A stretch of 42,646 nt of DNA, taken from Octopus bimaculoides. Taxonomy: Eukaryota. The first letter of the stretch is position 1. Each line of letters begins with the position of its first letter. The notes beneath the pieces are model-generated. The model had not been told where the DNA came from. It ran no database searches and saw only the letters and a list, made by a program, of their open reading frames with translations. The stretch spans positions 56,201,129-56,243,774 of the forward strand of contig NC_068996.1 in NCBI RefSeq assembly GCF_001194135.2, written 5' to 3'. Both the position numbers and the translations under genes were made by a program. Positions 1 through 11,145 of this stretch are shown piece after piece.

Positions 1-37
<37 letters not shown>

Positions 38-93
38 ATAGGTATATATGTATATATATATATATGTATATGTGTGTGTGTGTGTGTATACAT

Positions 94-550
94 ATCATCA
101 TCTTCATCATCATCGTCATCATCGTTTAATGTCTGCTTTTAATGCTAGCATGGGTTGGATGGTTTGACTGAGGACTGTCAAGCCAGAAGGCTGCACCATG
201 CTCCAATCTAATCTGGCATGGTTTCTACAGCTGGATGCCCTTCCTAATGCCAACCACTAGTGTAATGGGTGCTTTTTACATGCCACTATCATGGGAGCCA
301 GACAGGCAGTAATGGCATTGACCACATGCAAATGGTGCTTTTTATGTGCCATCGACACAGACGCCAATCAGGCAGTACTGGCAATGGCCATGACAACGAT
401 TTTACTTGATTGAACAGGTCTTCTCAAGCACAGTATATTGCTCGATGGTTGAAGGGTACTCTTAAATGGGCTGGTTATGACACTGACCTAGGCTATGGCT
501 ACGATCTCACTTGGCTTGCCAGGTCTTCTTAAGCACAGCATATCTCCAAA
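94..550 (-). mobile_element. Short non-autonomous retroelement with RTE-LINE-type 3' end and (GAT)n tail
   Basis: (CAT)n tract at 94-124, then the conserved 'catgggttggatggtttgactgagg...ctggatgcccttcctaatgccaacc' block. The same block recurs at 1310-1573, 8095-8270, 13590-13735, 30721-31165 and 36633-36830. Confidence 0.8.
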
Positions 551-689
551 GGTCCTGGCTAACTAAAGTCTTAGTAGATTTGTTAGACAGAAACTGAAAG
601 AAGCCTGTCATATGTGTGTGTCTTGTGCCTGTGTTTGTACCCCACCACCATTGATAACTGGTGTTGAAACAAGTCCTGCACCCCTCTTA

Positions 690-1312
690 TTCCAGGCAAG
701 TCGCCCTGGGAGTTCCTCTATGCTGATGACCTTGCTCTAATAGCTGAGTCACTAGCAGAGGAGAAGTTTCAGGTGTGGAGGCAAGGTCTAGAATCAAAGT
801 CCTAGTAAGTAGGAACACAGACAAGCTATAAATCCCTTCTGGTAGATGGCCCTGCTCGAGCTGTAGAAAAGATGTAGGTGGAAGCTCCATAAGATGTACC
901 TAGTGTAAGCTATAGACACATAAGTGGTGCAACAACATCAAAGGAAGATAGTTTACATGTGTGGCAGATGCACAAGGGCAATGAACACCAAAGATGTACA
1001 GAAAACAGATTCTAGCACTTGCCAGGGGAAAAAGCTAGAAGTAGTTGATAGCTTCTGCTAGCTAGGTGACCAAGTCTGTAGTGGGGGTGGATGCTCTGAG
1101 AATGTAGCTGCTGGAATAAGAATAGTCTGGGCAAAGTTCAGAGAGCTCTTACCTCTGCTGGTGACAAAGGGTCTCTCGCTCAGAGTGAAAAGTAGACTGT
1201 ATGATGCATGTGTGCGAACAGCCATGCTACACAGCGCTAAAATGTGGACTGTGACTGCTGAGGACATGTGTTGGCTTGAGAGAAGTGAAGCTGGTGTGCT
1301 CCACTGGATGTG
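690..1312 (+). mobile_element. Decayed RTE-clade LINE reverse transcriptase fragment (YADD region to thumb) with an internal PHD-like Cys/His finger
   Basis: Manual translation: PWEFLYADDLALIAES (YADD at 719-730)...WPCSSCRKDVGGSSIRCT*CKL*THKWC...CGRC...LEVVDSFC*LGD...WAKFRELLPLL...RLYDACVRTAMLHSAKMW...LHWMC. Contains stops and indels. Confidence 0.9.
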
Positions 1313-1573
1313 CCGATGGCACATAAAAAGCACCATTTGCATGTGGTCAATGCCAGTACTGCCTGTCTGGCTCCCATGATAGTGGCATGTAAAAAGTACC
1401 CATTACACTAGGGTTGGCATTAGGAAGGGCATCCAGCTGTAGAAACCTTGCCAGATTAGATTGGAGCCTGGTGCAGTCTTCTGGCTCGTCAGTCCTCAGT
1501 CAAACCATCCAACCCATGCTAGCATGGAAATCAGACATTAAACGATGATGATGATGATGATGAAGATGATGAT
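1310..1573 (+). mobile_element. RTE-tail element, an inverted near-copy of 94-358
   Basis: Reverse complement matches 94-358 with about 13 differences in about 265 bp (manual count); ends in (GAT)n. Confidence 0.85.
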
Positions 1574-1592
1574 ATATATATANNNNNNNNNN

Positions 1593-1644
<52 letters not shown>

Positions 1645-2540
1645 CACACATATATATGTGTGTGTATACATTGGAAAAATATTAATACAAGCAAAGTGAC
1701 AAAAAGTGAACTGCACAACAGTTGCAACAACATTTGAAAATTATTTTTCACTCTGTGAAGGAAACACTTCTACAAAAAATACAGTCACTACAGAATATTG
1801 AAAAAGAAATATAATATTGATTTCTAATTTAGGTAAGAAGTCATTCAATATTAATGGGACGGAGTTTGGCTGGAACTTTATTTTTATCATCTTGGATAGG
1901 ACGATAAACAAAGTTGCAGTTGGCAAGATTTGAACTCAGAATAAATGCTGCAAAGTATTTTCCAATGCTCTAATGATTAATGCCAATCCAAATTAAAATC
2001 TGAAATATAATTTCGTACAGATCATTGTTAATTTCAACCACACTGCCTTAACATAAACATATGCAATTGTATCAACTGTAATAATTTGGCATGTAGACTC
2101 CAAAAATGGAAACAACGATACTATATACCAAGCATCAGGGAATAACTATCTATATTACACACAGATCTCACCTCAAACCTTGTTAAATTTAAACATTACT
2201 ATTTCATCTACATGAATTATAACCAGAATAAATTTAATGACACTTCACTATTCAACTTCATCTGGAAACTGAAAACAGAAGAAATCCAGTACGATGTCAA
2301 TGAGAAACTTCTTTTCTTGGCTATATCATACATTACTAATGAAAGCAATTGCCATCTTTGTATATCTGAATATTTTAAATTCCATTTAGCCAATACTTCT
2401 CAACAGGTATTCTGAACATTTATCTTTTAGCCTGTACTGAAAATTCGAAACTTAAGCCTGAAATTACATCCTTAAAAGAAAATATGCAGCATCCCTTCAT
2501 ATATGCCATTTCCTTAGTAGTGACTCTTTTTTTTCTTCTT

Positions 2541-2937
2541 TTTACTTGTTTCAGTCATTTGACTGCGGCCATGCTGGAGCACCACCTTTAGTCGAGCAGG
2601 TCGACCCCAGGACTTATTCTTTGTAAGCCTAGTACTTATTCTATCGGTCTCGTTTGCCAAACCGCTAAGTTACAGGGATGTAAACACACCAGCATCGGTT
2701 GTCAAGCAATGTTGGAGGGACAAACACAGACACACAAACATACACACACACATACATATATATACATATATATGACAGGCTTCTTTCAGTTTCCGTCTAC
2801 TAAATCCACTCACAAAGCTTTGGTCGGCCCGAGGCTATAGTAGAAGACACTTGCTCAAGGTACCACAGAGTGGGACTGAACCCAGAACCATGTGGTTGGT
2901 AAGCAAGCTACTTACCACAAAGCCACTCCTGCGCCTA
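2541..2937 (-). mobile_element. Full-length tRNA-derived SINE
   Basis: Minus strand starts 'taggcgcaggagtggctttgtggtaag...gggttcagtcccac' (A-box/B-box-like head) and has an internal CA/TA microsatellite. Partial copies lie at 572-668, 14178-14360, 15677-15828, 16890-17075, 17862-18035 and 27896-28060. Confidence 0.85.
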
Positions 2938-3004
2938 TTTATTCTTTTAACATACACATGTTTTTAGACATTTTCAATCTCTCTTTCTCTTTCTTTTTCT
3001 CTCA

Positions 3005-3046
<42 letters not shown>

Positions 3047-4271
3047 TACACACGTGTACCCATGTGCATTTGTCAGTGTGTATATGTGTACACACACACA
3101 CACACGTACATGCTTGTATGTATGCATGTGTTTTCATTATATTTATATCTATATATTTGTATTATGCAATCATTATACTAATTACATAAATATAACCTTA
3201 AATATTTTTTTATCATTTTCCTTACATTTATTTTGCTTTGATCCCAATTTTCCCCTTTAGAACTTTAATATTCTTTTGATTCATCCACACACATTCACAT
3301 TTATCTATGTATATGTATATCTGTACCTATCTTCTTCCATAGCTACACATTTTAAATATTTTCTTCTCCAGCTTTCCTTGATTCTACTTGTTTTTTTTTT
3401 CAACATTTCCTCCATCCATTCTTATTTCCTTACTCTCCTAATCCTAATCCACCATAATATATTTATTAATTGAAAACAACTGCTCAGATTTTAGTAGTAA
3501 ATGACTGTTACATGCTTATCTTTCACCTATACTAACCGTAACTTCCTTTTCAACTCAAAACTATAACCAGTAACTCTGGTTTGCATAAACTTTTGTATGT
3601 AATTAATTAGTAATGCTAAATAAAGACAACTAAGTAAGAATATTATCAGATCAGCTATTAAGAAATTCATTTTCCCTGCAACTAATCTCCAACGTTGAAC
3701 TCATAATTTCACATTCAAAATCTTATCACTTCATACAACTACCCCAGCCTTTATTGTTTAACTGTGCATACAAAGTACAACTTGGACTTATCTTCTGTCT
3801 ATTTTAATTGCCTTAGATGGAGTTATTATAAACATTTCTTGTCAAGACATCCGAAATTTATGAGCAGCTTGAGATAAAGTCGATCCAATTTATTTATTTT
3901 TTGTATGTGTGAAGGCATGTGGTCTAGGGTGTTATGTTCATGATTGCCAGATGGTGGGTTCAATTCCCAACCAGCAAAATACTTTATTTCACGTTGCTTT
4001 CATGCTGTGTGGGAACCAGCTTGTCAAAGAATAGATCTAACGATTCCTCTGAGTGTTGTAAAAAGGAGACTAAAAGAGGTTGAGGTAGAATTTGAACTCT
4101 GAGTTTGTAAATCTTCACCAACAACACCTACTTGAAACAGAGCTGTGACTTGGAGGATTGTCACCTGAGTGGTGCAGGGGTGGTCTCACCCACCAGGAGC
4201 TGTAGGGACTCACCAATATATGGTTGATGGAATAATGCACTATTGCAGTGCATGCCCCAATACTACTACTG

Positions 4272-4329
<58 letters not shown>

Positions 4330-4889
4330 ATGTGTTCCTTTTCTTCCCTGATTTAAAATTGATACATTTTCCTCACATATAAATCTAATTTAAAGGATCA
4401 ATAAACCTCTAAAACTCCTTTGAGAGTTTCTGTTCTTTAAGCAATAAATGTTTTAATTATAATTACATATTCAATTATATTTGATTTTTACTGTTAATGC
4501 ACAATAATTTATACAAATAACTATGAACTTTTTGCCTACAAACTCCCTTCAAGATGTTATTACCTTTCTTTTTCTTTTTCTCTCTCTTAATGAAAATAAA
4601 ATCTTAAACGAACTCGCATGCTGGACTTACTTCTCTCACCGAATATCTCATTTAGTAACCAACCAATTCCTAAGCCTGCAGATTTTTGAAAATCATCTGT
4701 TAACTTTTTTGATGTTTACTCATAACTAACGTGCAGAGACAGCTTTTGTTACTGTTCACACAGAAACAGTAACTCCATCCTTTTTTTGATATTTCTCTGT
4801 CACTAATGTATCTATTTATTTATATTCTTAATCGCAAAATCACTCATGTATGTCTTTTGCTCTAAACTTTTAATAAGTACTTTAAAAGT

Positions 4890-5089
4890 ACTGGCACAAT
4901 TGTTAGAACACTGGGCAAACTACTTCGAGGCTTTTATATTCTGAGTTCAAATTCCTCTGGAGTTGACTTTGCCTTTCATCCTTTGAGGGTCGATATAAAT
5001 TAAGTACCAGTTATGTACTGGGGCTCTATGTAATTGACTTAACTCTTCCCCCCAAATTGCAGGCCTTGTGCCAAAATTTGAAACCAATA
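4890..5089 (+). mobile_element. SINE, second family
   Basis: 'gagttcaaattcc...gactttgcctttcatccttt...taagtaccagt...gtgccaaaatttgaaacc'. Related copies lie at about 7830-7960, 17150-17320 and 29510-29715 (minus). Confidence 0.65.
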
Positions 5090-5598
5090 AATACTTTTTA
5101 AAAAAAGCTAAAAAGAAAACAGTGAATAGTGAAATATTTGTTCTTTTGTCAGTAAATAGAATGTTAAATAAACAATTTGTTGACTTTAATTGTTTTAACG
5201 AGAAAACACATTCTAATGTATATATATGCACTGAGGTGGGCATTTATGCTTGTTTATATGTAATTGCCTAAATAAGAACAAGAAGATAAAAAAAGAGTAT
5301 TCAGTAATGAAAATAAATTTATATAATTTAACAAATTTCACAAATTATTATTCCAGGTTTTGCATTGCCACTTTTTGAATGAGAAAAGGAAAAAAAAAAT
5401 GAGAAAAGGAAAAAAGATGAAATTTAGTTTATAATGAATACACAGTAACAAACATTAGTTGAGTGACATAAAGTAAAAAGGGGCTATTGGATAACAATCT
5501 AACCATTGTTTGAAAACAGAAGAGAAAATAACAAATTATCCAATACAATATAGAAGGCAGCAGAATATTAAATATGCATACATATATATACATATATA

Positions 5599-5634
<36 letters not shown>

Positions 5635-5686
5635 TGTATGTATGTATGTATGTATGTATGTATGTATGCATGTATATATGTGTAGA

Positions 5687-6063
5687 GGCGCAATGGCCCA
5701 GTGGTTAGGGCAGCGGACTCGCGGTCGTAGGGTTGGGGTTTCGATTCCCAGACCGGGCATTGTGAGTGTTTATTGAGCGAAAACACCTAAAGCTCCACGA
5801 GGCTCTGGCAGGGTTGTGGTGGCGAACCCTGCTGTACTCTTTCACCACAACTTTCTCTCACTCTTACTTCCTGTTTCTGTTGTGCCTGTATTTCAAAGGT
5901 CCAGCCTTGTCATACTCTGTGTCATGGTGAATCTCCCCCGAGAACTACATTAAAGGTACACGTGTCTGTGGAGTGCTCAGCCACTTGCACGTTAATTTCA
6001 CAAGCAGGCTGTTCTGTTGATCAGATCAAGTGGAACCCTTGTCGTCGTAACCGACAGAGTGCC
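5687..6063 (+). mobile_element. Young tRNA-derived SINE, third family
   Basis: Head 'GGCGCAATGGCCCAGTGGTTAGG...GGTTTCGATTCCC' with clear A and B boxes, followed by a non-tRNA body. A degraded relative lies at about 7485-7815. Confidence 0.85.
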
Positions 6064-6743
6064 AACAACAAAAATGTATGTATGTATGTATGTATACAGA
6101 CACATACAATAGTTTGTATATACACAAAAATGCTAAAAATAATGTGTTGACAACTGAATGTATACAAACTTATAACAGTGGAAGGGAAACAATTCATGGT
6201 TAATTAATTGTCTTTAAAAGTGGAAGTCAAATGTATCTTAAAGTAATGGCCAGGATTTTTTTTTTTTTACTTATGCTTGTATGCTGATTTGAATGGAAAT
6301 TGTATAGAAACAACCAGTAAATTTTAAAACAGTAGATACTACCTCTTTTATCAGTTAAATTATGTTTGGGGCAGCTGGTGATAAATATTTTTTTTATTGT
6401 GTGTTATAAACCTGTGAATATGTTAATAAAAGAAACTTTAAAGGAATCCTCTGTCAGGCCAATATAAATCTTTAAAGAATGACTACTTTTAGGTTGAACT
6501 TTAACAGAGAAGACAAGTAATTTTGAAAAACACTATTAAAGGAGAAATTACTTTAGCAGTTACAAGTAAAAGAAGAGATTTATCATGGTTGATGGAAAGG
6601 TTTCTGGAATTAAAATGGTCAATGGAACTTATGAAATTTCAAAACTTTTATAAGAATGGCTGGCCTTAAGTGTATTTCTTAAAAACAAAAAACTAACAAT
6701 CTATCAGAAAATTTTAAGAGATTTAGTTCAAGAAGTATCTAGC

Positions 6744-7000
6744 AGTAAAGAACGTTTGCCAACATAACATGGCAGTCCTAGTTTAGGACAAATGTTGCTG
6801 CAATTTAGCCCCAGGAGATATTGTCTCCAGCTAGCTATATGACACAATCTGTTTCCTTATATTTTCAAACAAGGGAATCTAGCACCCCCACTCAGCTCAA
6901 AACAATATCTGTGTATCTGTGATGTCTCCTAGGGCTAAATTACGGCAACATTCGTCATAAATCAGGACTGCCAAGTTATGTTGGCAAACAATCTTTACTC
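6744..7000. mobile_element. MITE-like fold-back element with about 78-bp terminal inverted repeats
   Basis: 6744-6821 'agtaaagaacgtttgccaacataacatggcagtcct...' matches the reverse complement of 6923-7000 at roughly 85% (by eye). Confidence 0.75.
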
Positions 7001-8322
7001 CAAAGTACTGCTGTTGAATAGCTCTCGTTATGAGATTTAAAAATAGTAATTTTCTAAGTATCTAGCAATGTAAAAGTTCAGACATTCAAGCCATAAAACA
7101 GATTATACTATAAAATATTTTGTGGTCTATTTTTAGCAAGTGAACAACAGTATGAGTCTTGTTGTACCATATTTCATTTGTAATGATATCCAACAGTGTC
7201 ATTGATAATGTTTCATGTTACAATTGCATGTAGTTTTGAGTTTGTTGCTGATCAGATTTAGAAATAATGATAAATGATACAAGAGAGAGGGTGTAGCTAC
7301 ATAATTTTTGCATATCAGTTATTTTCATTGCAATGAAACAGTTCTTGTGATGTTGGTCAGTGATTCATATAAGTGTTACATACTTCCTGTTTATCTTCAT
7401 CTTGAAGTTACTAGCTCAGTGGTAGTTACTATTGTTACATTTGATCCATTAGCCTTCATCTCCCTATAACTAATGTTGTGAAGGTTGATGGCTTAGTGGT
7501 TAGGATATTTAGCTTACAATTGTGAGGTCATGAATGCAATTTCTGGCAGTGCATTGTGTCCTCAAGCAAGATGCTTTATTTTCCCATTGCTCCAGTTCGC
7601 CCACCTGGCAAACAATTAGGTGTACCTTTGTATTTCAAAGGGACGGCCTTATTAGTCTGTATCATGCTGAAGCTCTCTAGAAACTAGATTAAGGGTATGC
7701 ATATCTGTGGAGTGCTCAGCCATATGCTGAGTTAATTTCATGAACAGGATGTTCCATTGATTGGATTAACTGGAACCATCATCATCATCATCATCATCAT
7801 AACTGATGGAGTACCAATTCTAACAATCATTGTTCAAACCCCACTGAGGTCGGTTTTGCCTTTTATTCTTTTGAGGTCAACAAAAAATCATCAATACTGG
7901 TAGACTGGCAGAACTGTTAGAATGTGAGACTAGATGCCTTGTGGTATTTGAGTTCAAATCCCACCATGGCCTACTTGGGTGGTAGACTTAATCTGTCACC
8001 CAATTTAACACCACCACCACAACCACCAGGTACCTCTAGTTGCTTTTAGCAAACCCTACTCTGCTGCAAGAATTCAGGCCAAGTTTCTGGCTTGAGGACC
8101 CAGTGCACTCTTTAAAGTTGATGGTGTTAGGAAGGGCATTCAGCCATAGAAACAACACCAAAGATGACATTGGATCTTGGTAGTTCACTGGTAGTTCACT
8201 GGTTCTCTGTCAAAGCATCCTACTCATGCCAGCAACAAAAGTGGATGTTAAATAATGATGATGATGACATGTATAAATGCATACACACACGCACGCCCCC
8301 CCTCCACACATATACACACATG

Positions 8323-8355
<33 letters not shown>

Positions 8356-8968
8356 NNNNNNNNNNNNNNNNNNNNNNNNNNNNNNNNNNNNNNNNNNNNN
8401 NNNNNNNNNNNNNNNNNNNNNNNNNNNNNNNNNNNNNNNNNNNNNNNNNNNNNNNNNNNNNNNNNNNNNNNNNNNNNNNNNNNNNNNNNNNNNNNNNNNN
8501 NNNNNNNNNNNNNNNNNNNNNNNNNNNNNNNNNNNNNNNNNNNNNNNNNNNNNNNNNNNNNNNNNNNNNNNNNNNNNNNNNNNNNNNNNNNNNNNNNNNN
8601 NNNNNNNNNNNNNNNNNNNNNNNNNNNNNNNNNNNNNNNNNNNNNNNNNNNNNNNNNNNNNNNNNNNNNNNNNNNNNNNNNNNNNNNNNNNNNNNNNNNN
8701 NNNNNNNNNNNNNNNNNNNNNNNNNNNNNNNNNNNNNNNNNNNNNNNNNNNNNNNNNNNNNNNNNNNNNNNNNNNNNNNNNNNNNNNNNNNNNNNNNNNN
8801 NNNNNNNNNNNNNNNNNNNNNNNNNNNNNNNNNNNNNNNNNNNNNNNNNNNNNNNNNNNNNNNNNNNNNNNNNNNNNNNNNNNNNNNNNNNNNNNNNNNN
8901 NNNNNNNNNNNNNNNNNNNNNNNNNNNNNNNNNNNNNNNNNNNNNNNNNNNNNNNNNNNNNNNNNNNN

Positions 8969-9009
<41 letters not shown>

Positions 9010-9137
9010 ATTTGATAATCTAAGAGAATTACTTAATACAGTTTTCCAAGTATGCAGGTGATTTAAAAAAAAAAATTATTAAAAGAATCTTATGAAATCT
9101 ATTATGAGGGTGTTACTAACAAATTGTATATATATAT

Positions 9138-9358
9138 TGTTATGTCTCAATACTACACAGTGGTTGTGTGAGCTGCGAATCCTCATCGTCACTGTTATGT
9201 CTCAACGCTACTGCTATCTAGCACCTTCGGATGATCTCTACTCAACCGCTACACAACTGCTACTCGACTGCTACTCAACACTCCTACCACGGGCAGACTA
9301 CCTCTATTTATATGTCTTGGGAGATCCTCCTTCTTCGCCTGTGAGCGTCAACACAACA
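9138..9358. mobile_element. Probable solo LTR inserted in a (TA)n tract
   Basis: Begins TGTT and ends AACA (inverted TG...CA termini), with 'tatat' on both flanks. More GC/CpG-rich than its surroundings. The first 13 nt 'tgttatgtctcaa' repeat at 9193. Confidence 0.5.
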
Positions 9359-9672
9359 TATATATATATATATATATANNNNNNNNNNNNNNNNNNNNNN
9401 NNNNNNNNNNNNNNNNNNNNNNNNNNNNNNNNNNNNNNNNNNNNNNNNNNNNNNNNNNNNNNNNNNNNNNNNNNNNNNNNNNNNNNNNNNNNNNNNNNNN
9501 NNNNNNNNNNNNNNNNNNNNNNNNNNNNNNNNNNNNNNNNNNNNNNNNNNNNNNNNNNNNNNNNNNNNNNNNNNNNNNNNNNNNNNNNNNNNNNNNNNNN
9601 NNNNNNNNNNNNNNNNNNNNNNNNNNNNNNNNNNNNNNNNNNNNNNNNNNNNNNNNNNNNNNNNNNNNNNNN

Positions 9673-10000
9673 AAGACAGGAAAACAAACAGAAGGCTTTA
9701 CGGCCAGACGAGAAAAATTATGTGTGTATGAACGCGATGAGGCACGGAACCGAGAGAGACAAAGTGGTGGCGTGTGGTACTTAGCGAAAGCCAAGGAAGG
9801 AAAGGATTATTGACCGGAAGCATGTGACCATGCCGGTGTAAAGGGAAGAGAGAGAGTGGTAGAGGGAGAAAGAGAGGGAGGAAGTAGAAGAATGGTGAGC
9901 AACGAGAGGAAAAAAGAAAAAGAGGAAATACGAGGGGGAAAAAGGAGATACGTAGTAGTAACAGAGGAAGAACAAGAGGGGTAAGGCGAGATACGTAGTA
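9673..10000. repeat. Unclassified CpG-containing interspersed repeat fragment
   Basis: Compositionally distinct block next to a gap. Its minus-strand end 'tctgtttgttttcctgtctt' resembles the end of the 16.1-16.37 kb element. Confidence 0.3.
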
Positions 10001-10105
10001 GTATATATATATATGTATATATGTATATATGTATGTATACATACATACGTACATATATATAAATTGACAGAATGAGATAAAACATAGAACATTTATTAAA
10101 AAAAT

Positions 10106-10153
10106 GTCTTACAGCTGTTTCTGGAATATTCTATATATCCCTTCATCAGAGAC
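10106..10153 (-). ncRNA. Minimal type I hammerhead ribozyme motif
   Basis: Minus strand: GUCU-CUGAUGA-a-GGGAUAU/AUAUUCC stem II-a-GAAA-C-AGCU-GUA|AGAC. Stem I is GUCU/AGAC; helix III is the palindrome ACAGCUGU. Confidence 0.7.
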
Positions 10154-10397
10154 GATGTGAGAAAATGTTTGAGTATTAATTATTGTAGAAAAGATATGAA
10201 ATACAGAGGGGAGTAAGAGAATGAATATAGAAGTGAGATACATAAGGATATTGTATTTGAATCACTTATATACACCATTCTACTTGAATAATGGAACTGC
10301 AAATAAAATATCCTTATGTATCTCACTTCTATATTCATTCTCTTACTTTCCTCTGTATTTCATATCTTTTCTACAATAATTAATACTCAAACATTTT

Positions 10398-10441
10398 CTG
10401 ATGAAGGGATATATAAAATATCCCAGAAACAGCTGTAAGAC
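10398..10441 (+). ncRNA. Hammerhead motif copy lacking the 5' strand of stem I
   Basis: CUGAUGA-a-GGGAUAU-auaaa-AUAUCCC-a-GAAACAGCUGUA-AGAC. The 12 nt 'ctcacatcgtct' present in the other arm are missing. Confidence 0.55.
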
Positions 10442-10742
10442 TTTTTTCTTTATAAATGTTATGAAATCTATTTACTGCCTTGGTTTTTTTTTATCTCATT
10501 CTGTCAATTTTTATATATCTTCATGCTAATACATAACCCACCGAATGTGAAAAATCACATTTGGTATAGGTCTTGTATTCAAAGAATGGTTCCCTGAAGA
10601 GAAAATTACATTTATAAAAAACATCTTTTATTCCTTTGGAATAGAGTGCATGTAATTTTCGAAACATGTGTCGGAAATAAAGGAACTTATTTATTATATG
10701 TGTTTTGCTCCATTTATTCTTTATTTTATATATATATATATA

Positions 10743-11075
10743 TTTATTTATATAAGGGCATTACTATACAATAATGCCTCATGCTATGAGGGACTCTAAG
10801 GTCAGACTACCATAAAAAACACATTTTTACCGAATGCGAGGAAATGCAACTCTCAAAGCCAGCCCCTTAAAAACAGACTAAATTATAGATCATGATTTCG
10901 TAGTTATTGTAGTATTATACAACCTCTACTCTTCAGTATAATATGGTCAAGATAAATATAGGTAAACAGAAAATCCACATACCAAATGAACACCGCATAT
11001 CCAATATAGTACATAGAAGACTGTTCATCACTATTTACCTATGTAAATTCTTGTAAAAGAATTCATCCTATTATT
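10743..11075 (-). mobile_element. About 330-bp (TA)n-flanked element carrying a canonical hammerhead motif
   Basis: Unique-looking block between TA tracts (about 10727-10742 and 11080-11125) that contains the HHR at 10883-10941. Boundaries are approximate. Confidence 0.5.
10883..10941 (-). ncRNA. Canonical minimal type I hammerhead ribozyme
   Basis: Minus strand: UUAUA-CUGAAGA-GUAG...CUAC-GAAA-U-CAUG-AUC|UAUAA. Stem I is 5 bp, stem II is closed by G-C and extended by GUUGUA/UACAAU, and helix III is the palindrome AUCAUGAU. All core nucleotides are present. Confidence 0.8.
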
Positions 11076-11080
11076 GAATT

Positions 11081-11145
<65 letters not shown>

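Larger units (their letters stand above)
10056..10518. mobile_element. Near-perfect fold-back element carrying HHR motifs in both arms (putative Penelope-like/retrozyme derivative)
   Basis: Outer arms 10056-10082 / about 10490-10518. Inner arms 10160-10253 / about 10307-10399 differ at only 2 of about 93 nt. The HHR-containing segments are 10106-10153 and 10398-10441. Confidence 0.8.

Noticed and set aside
2160-2460. Unique region with minus-strand acceptors (about 2268 and 2438) and a 67-aa plus ORF
   Set aside because: All frames close quickly, there is no good donor, and I recognise no homology.
5687-5760. tRNA gene
   Set aside because: A and B boxes are present, but the acceptor stem does not close and the sequence runs on into a SINE body.
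6480-6670. About 55-codon open frame and a 24-nt AG...GT micro-exon candidate
   Set aside because: No start codon, weak splice context and no recognisable motif.
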